Assembly: GCA_000004695.1 (NCBI GenBank)
Contig: CM000154.2
Coordinates: 128,001-192,000 of the forward strand
Length of the DNA: 64,000 nt
Direction: 5' to 3'
Origin: Dictyostelium discoideum
Lineage: Eukaryota
Below the pieces are notes generated by a model. The model was given only the letters and a program-made list of their open reading frames with translations. It made no database searches and had not been told where the DNA came from. The translations under genes were made by a program, and so were the position numbers. Positions 37,026 to 50,504 of this stretch are shown piece by piece; position 1 is the stretch's first letter; each line of letters opens with the position of its first letter.

Positions 37026-40000
37026 TTATTTAATTAATAAAGGATTAATTTTAACAGTATCTAAAGGTGGCCACATTGATTTTAAAATGTTTGGTTTAAT
37101 TGTATTAATATTTAACCAAGATAAATATTGATCAAATAGATAATTTGGATTTTCAATCCATTGTTGTAAGAGTTTTTCTTTGGTTGAGATACCTTTTGAT
37201 TTGAGGGTTGAAATTAATTGATAAACTTTTGATTGAGTATTCATTTGAACGATAATTGAAGGATTTGTATTTAAATAGGGTAATAGATATTTTAGAGGTG
37301 AGAAAACTTCGCCCTCTAGTAAAGCCTTGGCAAAGTAACGTATTGATTCCAATTTATCAGGATGATCAATTTTTAGCATTGGCAATTCCCAATGATGAAC
37401 ACCATAATTTGGTTTGATACAACATCTAACACGATCGTGTTTTAGTGAATAATGAGGTGCAGGTTGTTCCAATGGTTTAAACTCTGAACATAATGGTTTA
37501 CCCAATAATGGTAACCAAGATGGATTAATCTCTGTAACCAACTTCATATATGGTCTTGAAGTTTCAATGATATCACAATAGATTACATATTCAGCTTGAG
37601 TATTAACACCACCTAAATTTGAAGTTGGATGAATGAAACATGTTCCATCACCACCACCACTACTATTTGAATATGAGGTTGTGCAAGTTTGATATTCAAT
37701 TAAATGTTTTGGATGATTTTTACCAGTGATTGATTGAGTTTCTTTAACTTTTGAAATTTGATCAATTAAACCAGCTGTTATAACTTGTTTAATGAATAAT
37801 TCTTGTTTTTGAGTTGGTGGTTTAATTGATTGATCAGGATTAACTAAAGTTATAATTGGATTTGAAATTGGATCTAATTCATGATTGGTTTGATTAATTG
37901 AATTTACAATCTCTGTTAATTGATGACGAAGTTTATGAATTTCAGACATTGATTTTGTATTTAAAAAGTTTTGAGAACAAAAATGATCAATATCTTTTGG
38001 TGATTTTCTAATTTGGTAATCATAAGCACCAACAACTTTTAAAATTGATAAAAGATCAGATTCTTTGTGTAACCATTTTCTCATACTATTTCTAAGACGT
38101 TGAAGATGTTTTTGTCTTTCTTCTTTTTCTTTTTCAATAAATTCTTTTTCACTTTGTGATGATGAATCAATTTGTTGTTTTTCATTGTTATCATCATTTT
38201 CATCATTATTTTGATTTGCTTCATAGGCTTCTTTTAAAAATGGATCTTTAACAGTTAAAATTGAAACGATTGCAATGATATAAGGTAAACAATTATGCTC
38301 TTGACCTAATAATAACATTTTAGAATGACGTGGTGAAACTGGAAATTGTGACATTTTCATACCCAATTCAGTGATTGAAAAAGTTTTAACCTCTAAAGCA
38401 CCCAAATTAATTAAAGTACGTAATGCCAATTTCAAAGAAGATTCATCAGGTGGTGTTGGAAATGGAAAACCTGTAATTTTTTGAATACCCATACTTTTCA
38501 TTTGTAATATCATACCATCGATTGGGATCATTAAAATTTCAGGTTTTGAAAATTGTTGGAAATGATCATTGAAAACAGCACTTGAATAAATTCTATAGCA
38601 ATGACCTGGACCTGTTCTACCTGCTCTACCTGCTCTTTGATCTGCTGATGCTTTAGATGTCCAACCAACTTCAAAACTACTAATACCATTATCCTTATTA
38701 TAATATCTTTGTTTAACTCTACCTGTATCAACTACATATTTAATATTTGGTATTGTTAATGATGTCTCTGCCAAATTTGTTGCAACTACTACCAATCTTG
38801 ATCCTAATGGTGGTGTTTGAAAAACTCTCATTTGTTTTGATGTTGGTAATGTTGAATATAATGGTAATACAAATAATGGTCCTGCTGGTTTTTCATCATC
38901 TTCTGTAATTATATCTTCTTTACCAATTTCAAATTCATCTTCATCTTCATTATTATTATTATTATTATTTTCATTTTCATCAACTTCTTCTTCTTCTTCA
39001 ACTTCTTCTTCTTCAACTTCTTCTTCTTCAACCTCCTCTTCTTCAACCTCCTCTTCTTCAACCTCCTCTTCTTCAACCTCCTCTTCTTCAACCTCCTCTT
39101 CTTCAACTTCTTCTTCCTCTACTTCTTCTTCATCATTAACAATAAATTGATCATCATTTAAAACATCTAAATTTTCAATATCATCATTATCATCATCATT
39201 ATCATTATCATCATCATCATCATGATTATCAATATTAAAAGTATCATCAACAGTATTATCAAAATCAAAATCTTCAGCATCACCATAAACTAAATTACTT
39301 GATTTAATATTATTTTGATTTTCTTGATCATCAGATTTAAATTGTTGATTAATTTTATCAATTTCAACTTTAAAAGATTTATTGATTGCTTTAATTGGGA
39401 AAGCTCTTCTTAATTTTGAACAAAGATATTCAATTTCTTGTTTACCTGTAACGAAAACTAAAATACCACCAGATGGTAGGTTTTTATGAATTTTCACCAC
39501 TTTTTTATAACATTCATCGATATAGTTAACTAATTCAGTTTTCTTATTGAAATGGATTGTAACAGGGAATTGTCTAGTTGGTATATTGATGACTGGTGGT
39601 GGTCTAGAAAATAAAGTTTTATTCTTTGTAAAATCTTCAACTCTTAAAGTTGCTGACATCACCACTAATTTCAATGGGTAAATCATATCCACACCAATGG
39701 TACCATTGGCTTTATTAGTAGCCAATGATTTTAAATATAATTTCTTTCTTAATGGTACAATTCTTGATAAAAGTCCAATTAAAATATCAGTATTTAAATT
39801 ACGTTCGTGTGCTTCGTCGATTAAAATTGAAGAATATTGTGATAGGAGGAAATCAGTTTGAACCTCTCTCATTAAGATACCATCAGTCATAAATTTGATT
39901 TTATTAACACTACTATCTAATTTCTTATCATAACGAATTTGGTAACCCACTTCCTTACCAAACTCAACGTTTAACTCTTCAGCGACACGTTTTGCTGTTG

Positions 40001-41497
40001 AAACAGCAGCCACTCTTCTTGGTTGAGTTACACCAATAATTCCTGGGAAATCACCACTTTCACGATGACCAAAACCACTTTCATATAGGAATTGTGGGAC
40101 TTGGGTAGTTTTACCAGACCCTGTTTCACCACAAATGATTACCACATCATTATCTTTAATTTTTTCAACAATACTATGCTCTTCCAACATAATTGGTAAA
40201 TTATCTCTAACTGCATCAATCTCTGGTTTACGTTCAACTTTAACATTAAATACATTATATTCAATTGGTTTTGCATCAACCTCTTCACTCATTGCATCTT
40301 CAATAGTTTCAATACCTGTCTTTGTACTTAAAAATACTTCCCTATTCTCTTCTTCCTCTTTACCAAATACTTCAATTGAATAATTATATCTATCAATTTC
40401 ACTATTAACTTGATTAGCAATTTCTTCCAATTCCTCCTTTTTAATTTCTTCTTCTTCTTCTTCTTCTTTAACTTTTTCTTCAACTTTATTTTTTTGTTTT
40501 TTATTTTGTTTTTTATTTTCATTTGTTTTTGTTTTAATTGTATTTATATTTGATTGTGTAGTAGTAGTTGTTGTAGTAGTAGTTGTGGTTGTTGTAGTTT
40601 GTGTCTTATTATTATCATTTACTTTCTTTTTCTTTTTAGTATCATTTTCAGATTGTTCAATTGTTTTTCTCTTTTTTTGTTCTGTTTCAGGTTGTGGTGG
40701 TGGTGGTGGTGGTGGTGGTTGTTGTTCTTCTTTATTATTATCTTTAGTATGTTTATTATTATGTTTTTTAATTTCAACATTTTTATTTGTACTATTTAAT
40801 TCAATTGTATTTTCATCTTCAGAATCATCTTGTTCTTTTTGTTGATCTTTTAAATAGGAACCTTTATCTTGATGAGAATCATTATATTCTTGATAATCTC
40901 TTTCAACATCTTGATCTTTCCAAAAGAAGAATTTCTTTTTTGATTTCTCTTCTCTACGTTTTTCAATTGCTTTATGTTGTTTATCAAATTCGATTCTATC
41001 TAGAGTTTCTGGTTCCAATTGTGGTATTTCAATTGGTGTACTCTTTTCAATGATTGGTTCTAAATAGTCATCCCAATCATCTGATATTTTCTCTGGTCTA
41101 ATCACTTTTTTATTTATATCTGCATCTTTAAAATATTTTATATCTTTTGGTATTAATCCTACAACATTTAATTCTGCTTCTTTCTTTTGTCTTTCAATAG
41201 ATGCTTTATTAGTTTCTTTACTACCAATACTTGCTGAGGTTTTTAACAATTCTCTATTTTTTTCACTCATTGAATTAGTTCTATAAAAAAAAAAAAAAAA
41301 AATATATTTTAATTTATTAGTAATTTATAAAACAATATATGTGTGTGTATGTATGAATGTATGTAAGATACTTTACTGTAATTGATCCATTAAAACTTTT
41401 CTTTCAGCATGTTTATCAATTTTCTTTCTGATTGTTGCTTTTAATCTCTCCTCTCTTGTTAACTTTTTTTTCTTTGCCAACGCTCTTTTTAATGCAT
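37026..41497 (-). CDS. dhx37: DEAH-box RNA helicase DHX37/Dhr1 ortholog (small-subunit processome), about 1461 aa, 2 exons
   Basis: Exons complement(41367..41497) (MTTDALKRALAKKKKLTREERLKATIRKKIDKHAERKVLMDQLQ, GTAAAG donor) and complement(37026..41280) (tatag acceptor). Motif I is VVIICGETGSGKTTQVPQFLYE. GVTQPRRVAAVSTAKRVAEE, DEAHER, SATL, FVTGQEEIE, TNLAETSLTIP..KYVVDTGRVKQ, QRAGRAGRTGPGHCYRIYS and the OB/HA2 region are all present. The sequence is collinear with human DHX37, including C-terminal ...WPP. The N-terminus is Lys-rich with a poly-Thr run and P8. An acidic insertion in RecA2 carries (EEEEV)n. Confidence 0.88.
38981..39115. repeat. 15-bp tandem repeat (about 8 copies; caacctcctcttctt and variants) encoding (EEEEV)n inside DHX37
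   Basis: Near-perfect direct repeats on the plus strand. In frame on the minus strand they give EEEVEEEEVEEEEV.... Confidence 0.85.
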
Positions 41498-41674
41498 CTG
41501 TAGTCATTTTATAAAATTACTATTATCCAAATAAATGAATAATTTAGTTCTGTGTATATAAATTAATTGGGAAAAAAAAATAAGATTGTGTAAAAAAAAA
41601 TAAAAATTGGAAAAAAAATTAAAAATATTAAAAAAATAAAAAATAAATTTGTAAAAAAAAAAACGAACGAAAAA

Positions 41675-41725
<51 letters not shown>

Positions 41726-41844
41726 CCAATTTAAGTCTTAAATTAAATTAATGAAATATAAAATAATTACATGAATAATGTTTAGAATTTTTTAAAAATT
41801 ATAATAATAATTAACATATGTTTTTTATTTTTTTTTTTTTTTTT

Positions 41845-43686
<1,842 letters not shown>

Positions 43687-44097
43687 ATTATAAATGTCTG
43701 TTTTAATGTATCATTACATTTGGAGAAGAAGAAAAAAAAAAAATAAAAAAAAAAAATAAAAAAAATAAAAAAAATAAAAAAATAAAAAATTTCATCGTTG
43801 TGACAAAACATTACCTGTTCAAAAAAAAAAAAAAAATATTTTTTTTTTTTTTTTTTTTTGCGACACAATAAGTTTTCATTTTAAAAAATAAATAAAAAAA
43901 ATATTTTTAAATATCTAAAGATTCTAATCTCTTTTATTAGTTTTTTAAATTTTATTAGATAAACTAACACCAATGGTCAAACAAAATGTTTTTGCTGAAA
44001 TTAATAATGGTTTTTTCAAACTCATTCAGTTTTAACTTCGAATGGTTTAATCTATGGCGCAAAGTTTAGAAATGTTAATGACGATTTTCAAGTGAAA

Positions 44098-44266
44098 CAG
44101 GAATTTGAAAAAAACCACTTCCCAAAGTCGTATCAGGTGGCCAATTTTTATCAAGGAAAGCTGTATCATCAAGTGCCTCCCTCTGTCTCTTGATGATTCA
44201 GCCTTCCTTGACAAAAATTGCCCACCTGATACGACTGGGAAGTTGGTTTTTCAAATTCAATCTGTA
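44098..44266. repeat. Long near-perfect inverted repeat (about 78-bp arms, about 90% identical, 12-nt central spacer) forming a potential 170-nt hairpin, with a second 17-20-bp hairpin at 44285-44355
   Basis: The left arm is caggaatttgaaaaaaaccacttcccaaagtcgtatcaggtggccaatttttatcaaggaaagctgtatcatcaagtg. The reverse complement of the right arm is cagattgaatttgaaaaaccaacttcccagtcgtatcaggtgggcaatttttgtcaaggaaggctgaatcatcaaga. The loop is cctccctctgtc. The downstream perfect palindrome is atatattatatattcac...gtgaatatataatatat. The GC content is high relative to the surrounding intergenic DNA. It lies between the FDXR start at 43686 and the 3' end of the TPP1-like gene at 44540. Confidence 0.7.
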
Positions 44267-44539
44267 GAACAATTTCTTGATTGACGAAAGGCATATATTA
44301 TATATTCACCCAATATTTTGATTCTTCTCTGATCGAGTGAATATATAATATATAAATTTTAAAATAAAAAATATACTCACCCATCAAACCAATTTTTTTA
44401 TTTTTTTTTTTTTTTTTTTTCATATCTATTTTTTTTATTATAAATGTCATTTTTTGTATTTTTGTGTGCTCTATTTATCTATACTAAATTCATATTAAAA
44501 AAAATGAATGTAATCATTCTAGAATTGTTTTTTTATTTT

Positions 44540-44668
44540 TTATTTTTGTGATAAAATATAATTTTCCATATTTGAATATACAATACTACCTAACCCACTT
44601 GCAGGGTCAAAACCAGTTATAGCCTTATAACCAAATTCACAGCAATACATACGATTACAATTATTATT

Positions 44669-44702
<34 letters not shown>

Positions 44703-46823
44703 AAATTATATTTATAATTAGTACTATAATTAGAAATATAAAATATAATATAATAATTACCATTTATAATATCATTAAAAACATTTGGACTTTCTTCAGC
44801 AGCTTGGTATAATAAAGGATTTAAGAAACCTAATGTTGATTTTCCAGAATTTAATAATTTATCATTTATTAATGAAAACATTGCAGCAATTGATGGTGAT
44901 GAGCATGATGTACCATCAACTGATATAGTTATACAAGGGCATAAATTCGATGAAACATTATTAGATTGTACAATTGAGTATTTAGAACCAGCAAGTGAAA
45001 TATCAGGATATGCACGATTTGATGAATTAAAACTGAATGATGGGGGTAATGAGGATGGTTGTTGCTCGAGATACCTATTTACAGCATTAGTTTGATATTG
45101 TGGTTGAGATTGTGTAACTGAAAAACCACCACCAGATGTAATGATTGAACCTGACTGAATTGAACAAACTGATTCAGGTTGTGGTGATTCATAAATTTCA
45201 GTTGCACCTACTGATGTAACATAGGGTGAACTTGCAGGGAATTCTGGGTTGAAGACAGGTCCATTTGATGGATCAAAACTGTATCCAACCATTTTAAAAC
45301 CTTCACCTGATACTGGAGTTAAATCTTCACATAAACATGAAGAATAAATATGTGTATAACCAAACACATCAAACTCATATTGAAAATCACAATGAGCATT
45401 AACTTGTTGGAAAGTACCCAATGCATCAATTACCTCTGGAACAATGATTAATTCTCTACATGCAATACCCATTTGGTTGACTGGATAAAAACAGTTTGGT
45501 GATTCTGTAAAATTTGAATTTACAATTGTAATAGTTGCACAATTGGTAGTTGTGTGCTCACAACCACCAAATGGACAATAACCATTGATACCATCTACTG
45601 GACAATTACCAAACACATCAAAAAATCCAGGGGAACCATCGTCACCTGAACTTACGAATATTGAAGTACCACGTAACCCAATTTTTTGAAATTCAACATT
45701 AGTTCTCTCAATGTAAACCGTAGAATCCACACCAAGATTATTACAATCTTGTGTGATTTCACATTGTTCCATTTCAATCCACCCATAGGAAATCGAAGCT
45801 ACATTTGGAATTGGATCAAATGCTTGAATCGATGTACACCAATCCAATACCCATTCACCACTACCCGATTCAAGAAACATTGTTGTAATATTATTACCAA
45901 TGGCAGTCATATACTGAACATCTAAATCCGATTCAAGTTGTCCACAACCTTGTTCATAACAAAGTGGACTTCCAGCATTTAAAACTCTAACATTTTCAAT
46001 TGAAAATTGTTGATCAAATGTTTCCAATGCACCAGTACTATAATAATCTGAAAAAGCACCTATTGATTGAACATTCTTTGAATTTGTACCAATAGTATCA
46101 TTTGGAATACCATAATAATCTTTCAATACTTGAGGTGAAATTGACAACTGTTTTGAAATACCAACAATATCATCTCTTGATTTTCTCATAGTCTCACTCA
46201 TTTTATTATCTTCAATAAAATCTGATAAACCCAAAACCAAATCAATTTTATTTAAAACATTTATTGGGATTGATGCATCACCAATAATTCTAATTCTTTC
46301 TTTATTTGAAATTTCTGATTTATAAATTCCAAAATTTGTTTTAAATAAATTTGATGCTTTTAAAATATTAATTCTAATTTTAATATAATCTGAAAAAACA
46401 ATCATTTCACTTTTATTAATTTTATTATCAAATAACCAATTTAAAATAATTTCAACATCTTTTTTTGAAGGTGAAATAATTGAATCAATCTCTTTTGAAC
46501 TTAAAAATTTTCCATAATTTAAACTTTTTGGATTTGAAATATCCCAAAATTTTTCTTTTAAAATATTTAAATTATTCTTTTTTTTTTTTTATATATTAGT
46601 ACCTATTTATTTTTTATTTTTTTTTTTTTTAAATAAAACTCACTTGTTTGATTAAAATTTTAAATTCTATTATTTCATTTTCATTTGGTAAACTTTTAAA
46701 ATTAAAGTATGAAGGTGGATTTCTAATATTTGCAATAGTTTCACGTTTTAAACCATCACCACTATTCTCTTTTGCATTTGCAAATAAAATAATAACTAAT
46801 AATATGATTAACTTTAAAATCAT
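44540..46823 (-). CDS. Sedolisin/tripeptidyl-peptidase I-like serine peptidase (MEROPS S53) with signal peptide and pro-domain, about 708 aa, 3 exons
   Basis: Exons complement(46644..46823) (MILKLIILLVIILFANA signal plus start of pro-domain, GTGAGT donor), complement(44761..46576) and complement(44540..44670), with GTAATT donor and aaaaag acceptor. The catalytic-Ser motif SGTSCSSPSIAAMFSLINDKLLNSGKSTLGFLNPLLY corresponds to GTSAAAP...LGFLNPxLY of TPP1. The C-terminal ...CCEFGYKAITGFDPASGLG corresponds to the TPP1 GWDPVTGLG. The pro-domain has the typical KFWDISNPKSLNYGKFLSSKEI pattern. Dictyostelium carries several tpp1 paralogs and I cannot say which this is. Confidence 0.75.
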
Positions 46824-47064
46824 TTTATAAGTGCACTTGTAAATTAATGAAAAAAAAAAAAAAAATAAAAAAATGAAAAATAAAAAAAAAAAACGAATGG
46901 GCGAAAACACACATCATCATAACCTTAGATTTTTCAAAATATCTTTTTTTTTTTTTTTTTTCCAAAATATCTTTTTTTTTTTTTTTTTTTTCAAATATCT
47001 TTTTTTTTTTTTTTAAAAAAAAAAGTTTTAAATTAATTAAACAATTGTTTATTTATTTATTTTT

Positions 47065-48646
47065 TTAATTAAGTTTAATAACTTTTAAATTTGAATGAGT
47101 TTCAGTGAAATCATTTAAATTTAAAACATCATAAATCTTATCATCAGTATAGTATAAAGTATTTACAGAAGTTGGTAAGTTATCATTTGAGAAACGATGG
47201 AAATAGTATTTACATTTTAAAGTTAGAGTAGTTAATGATTTTGGAAGACCATTACCAATTGGTTGATTAAAACATTCACCAATTGATAGGGTTTCAACAC
47301 TTGAAGGTATTGCATTTGGTTCAATTGGTTGATTGAATCTATAGCCTAATACTAAACTTTTCACACTTGATGGTATAGCATTTGGTAACAACTCCTCATT
47401 ATAGAATTCACCCAATGTTAAACAAGTCACAGATGTTGGAACTAAACCAATTGGTAAACGTTGTTTATTGCAACCTAATAAATGTAGTGAAGTCAATGAT
47501 GGTGGTAAACAACCCTTTTTACATTTCTTTAAATTCAAATTCAAAGTTAGACCAACCAATTTCAAAGGCATAGAACCCTGTTCAAGCGATCCTTGAAACC
47601 CTTCACCAAAACGTAACCATTGAAGATTTGGTGGGAGTGTGCCCTTTTTAATGGATTGACTGAATCTACTACCAAATTCCAATGTCAATAAAGATGATGG
47701 TAAATAACCTTTTTTAATTTTTTGGTTAAATAGTTGACCAAATATCAATGTTTCTAAATTTGGTGGAATACATTTCTTTGATACCAATGGTTGATTGAAA
47801 TGAAATCCTAACCTTAAAAACTTTAATGTAACTGGTAAACAATTCTTTGGTATTGGTTGATTAAAACTTTCGCCCATATCTAAATGTGTTAATGATGGTG
47901 GTAAATAATTTATAAACGATGATGACGATGATGATGATGATAATGGTAAAGAACAAATTGGATGATTAAATGATGCTGAAAACTTTAAATGAATAATATT
48001 CTTTGGTAAAGTATTTGCTTTCAATGGTTGATTGAATGATTCATTACCAAGATCTAAAAAAGTCAATGATTGTGGTAACTCTCCCAATGGTTGATTGAAA
48101 TCATCACCAAATTCAATGTATTCCAAATTATCACATTCTTTCAATGATAAAGGTTGATTAAAATGTTCACCAAATACAATCTTATTAATTGATTGTGGTA
48201 CACCTCCTGCCTTTAATGGTTGATTAAATGATCTTCCAAATTTTAATTCATTAACTGATAATGGTATACCTCTTTTTGGTATATTTCTATTATTATCTTT
48301 AATAAATAATGATGTAATATATTCTAAAAAAAAAATAAAAAAATAAAAAAAAAATTAAAAAATTAAAATGTTAATAAAACTATTTTTAATTTTTATTTTT
48401 TTTTTTTTTTTTTTTTTTTTATTTTTTTTTTTTTTTTTTTATTTAATTTAATATTTTACCTCTATGTTCATATTTAATTAATTCATCAACTTTAAATTCT
48501 AAAACTTGTTTATGTTTATTAAATAAACGCAAATGATGGAAAATAATATTTCTGATGTATTTATTTCTATAAATTTTAAAGAATTTATAATCCTGTCCTG
48601 TTTCTGAATGATCGTTGCTATTGCAACTACAATGCATTATCATCAT
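47065..48646 (-). CDS. FNIP-repeat-containing protein (Dictyostelium-type FNIP family), about 481 aa, 2 exons
   Basis: Exons complement(48460..48646) (MMIMHCSCNSNDHSETGQDYKFFKIYRNKYIRNIIFHHLRLFNKHKQVLEFKVDELIKYEHR, GTAAAA donor) and complement(47065..48323) (tttag acceptor). There are at least 14 tandem about 22-aa repeats with the FNQPL/FNQPI signature (LKFGRSFNQPLKAGGVP..., FGEHFNQPLS..., FGDDFNQPLGELPQSL..., ...). The N-terminal KFFKIYRNKYIRNIIF is typical of this family. Confidence 0.75.
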
Positions 48647-49576
48647 CTTTTTTTTTTGTTTTTTTTTTGTTTAAATTTTTTTGTTTTTTTATTTATTTAA
48701 AAAACTAAAATTTTTTTTTTTTTTATATATATAAAAATATGTGATAGTAATAAATACTACCACATACACTTAATATTAAAATTAATATTATGTATGTAGT
48801 GTGTATGTGAGAGTGTGTTAATTTTTCTCGATTTGTTGGATAGTTTGAAAATTGGTTAAAAAAAAAAAAAATAAAAATTAAAAAATAAAAAAAAAAAAAT
48901 GTTGTAAAAAAAAAAATAAAAAAAATAAAAAATAAAATAAAAAATAAAAAAAAATAAAAAAAAAAATGATTTAAAAATAAATTTTTTTTGTTTTTGCTTG
49001 GAAAAATTTAAGATATTAACCAGAGTCAGAATTCGGTAACAATTCTACCACTGGTTCAACAATCCACGAAAATAGATTTTTTTAAAATTTTTAAAAAATT
49101 GTTGAAGTAACGAAAAAAAAAAAAAAAATAAAAAAAATTAAAAAAACAAATAAAATTGGAAAATAAATATCTTTTTTTTTTTTTTTTTTTTTCTTCTGTA
49201 TAAGCCAATTACAAAAAAAACAAATAAAATTAAAAAATGTTTATTTTTATTATTAAAAATAAAAAAAATAAAAAAAAAAACAAAAAAATTTAAAATGAAA
49301 TGTCTAAAAATATATATGATTAAACATAAAGAAAATAAAATTACTTAATATATAAAAAAATCGAATAAAAAACCAGTGGTCAAACTGAGACCTCCATTTT
49401 TTTTTTTTTTTTTATTTTTTATTTTTTTTTTTTTTTTAATTTCAATTTTTTTTTTTTTTTAAATTTTAATTTTTTTTTTTTTTTTTTTGGTATTTTTTAT
49501 TATATATTTTTTTTTTTTTTATTAATTTTATTTAATAATATATAATATAAAATAAAAAAATAAAAAACTAAAAAAA

Positions 49577-50451
49577 ATGTCACAATCAATTAGTGATATT
49601 AAATTAGTAAAATTTTATTATAGACATTATAAATTAGGACCACAAGATTTTTGTAGAGAATATGGTGGAAATGTTGATGGATTAAATAAATTTTTAACAG
49701 GAAATTATGATTCATTAGCAGCAAGAGATGCATTAAGATCATTTTGGGAGCGTTTTAATACCAATCAATTAATGAAATCTCAAGCTGGTGATGAAGATGA
49801 TGGTGACGAATTCAATAGTACATTTGGTGGTGGTGATAGTATGTTATTGTCACCAATTAAAGTCACATCACCAATGTCATCAAGTAGTAGTAGTACAAAC
49901 ACAACCAATAGTAATGGGCAAATCATAGGTAACCGATCATTTTCATCATTAGCAGAGGCAACTAGTAATGCAACAACAACAACAACATCGACAACAACCA
50001 CAGGTGGTAAACCAGAATCAAAACGTGTTAGAAATCTATTGAAAACCTATTACGGACCAGGTATTGGTGAAGGTAGTGATTCATCATCAATGAATGATCC
50101 ATTGAATATCGATGGTCCATCATTCAATTTAAATAGTTATTTCGATAGTATCGTTAAATCAAGTACACTCAACCAATTAATTCAAAAAGATAATCAAATG
50201 GTAAGTGAAATTCGTACATTAGATGGTGATATGAAAACATTGGTCTATGATAACTATACAAAATTCATCAATGCTACCGATATCATTAAGAAAATGAAAA
50301 CCAACGTTGAAAATATGGAAGAAGGTATGGCTTTACTTTCAAAAAATATGGATTTAATTACAAATTGTAGTGAAAAAATTAATTCAACTTTATCTGTAAG
50401 AAGAGATAGAATTGATCAATTAAGTGGTTTACAAAAATTTTTTCAAAAAGT

Positions 50452-50504
<53 letters not shown>

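Noticed and set aside
38531-41053. Track ORFs antisense to or in alternative frames of DHX37 (38531..38731, 38909..39106, 40135..40383, 40328..40522, 40554..41053)
   Set aside because: Lys/Arg- or Cys/Trp/Phe-runs are simply the complement or shifted frame of the Glu/Lys/Thr/Pro repeats of the helicase and do not reflect coding capacity.
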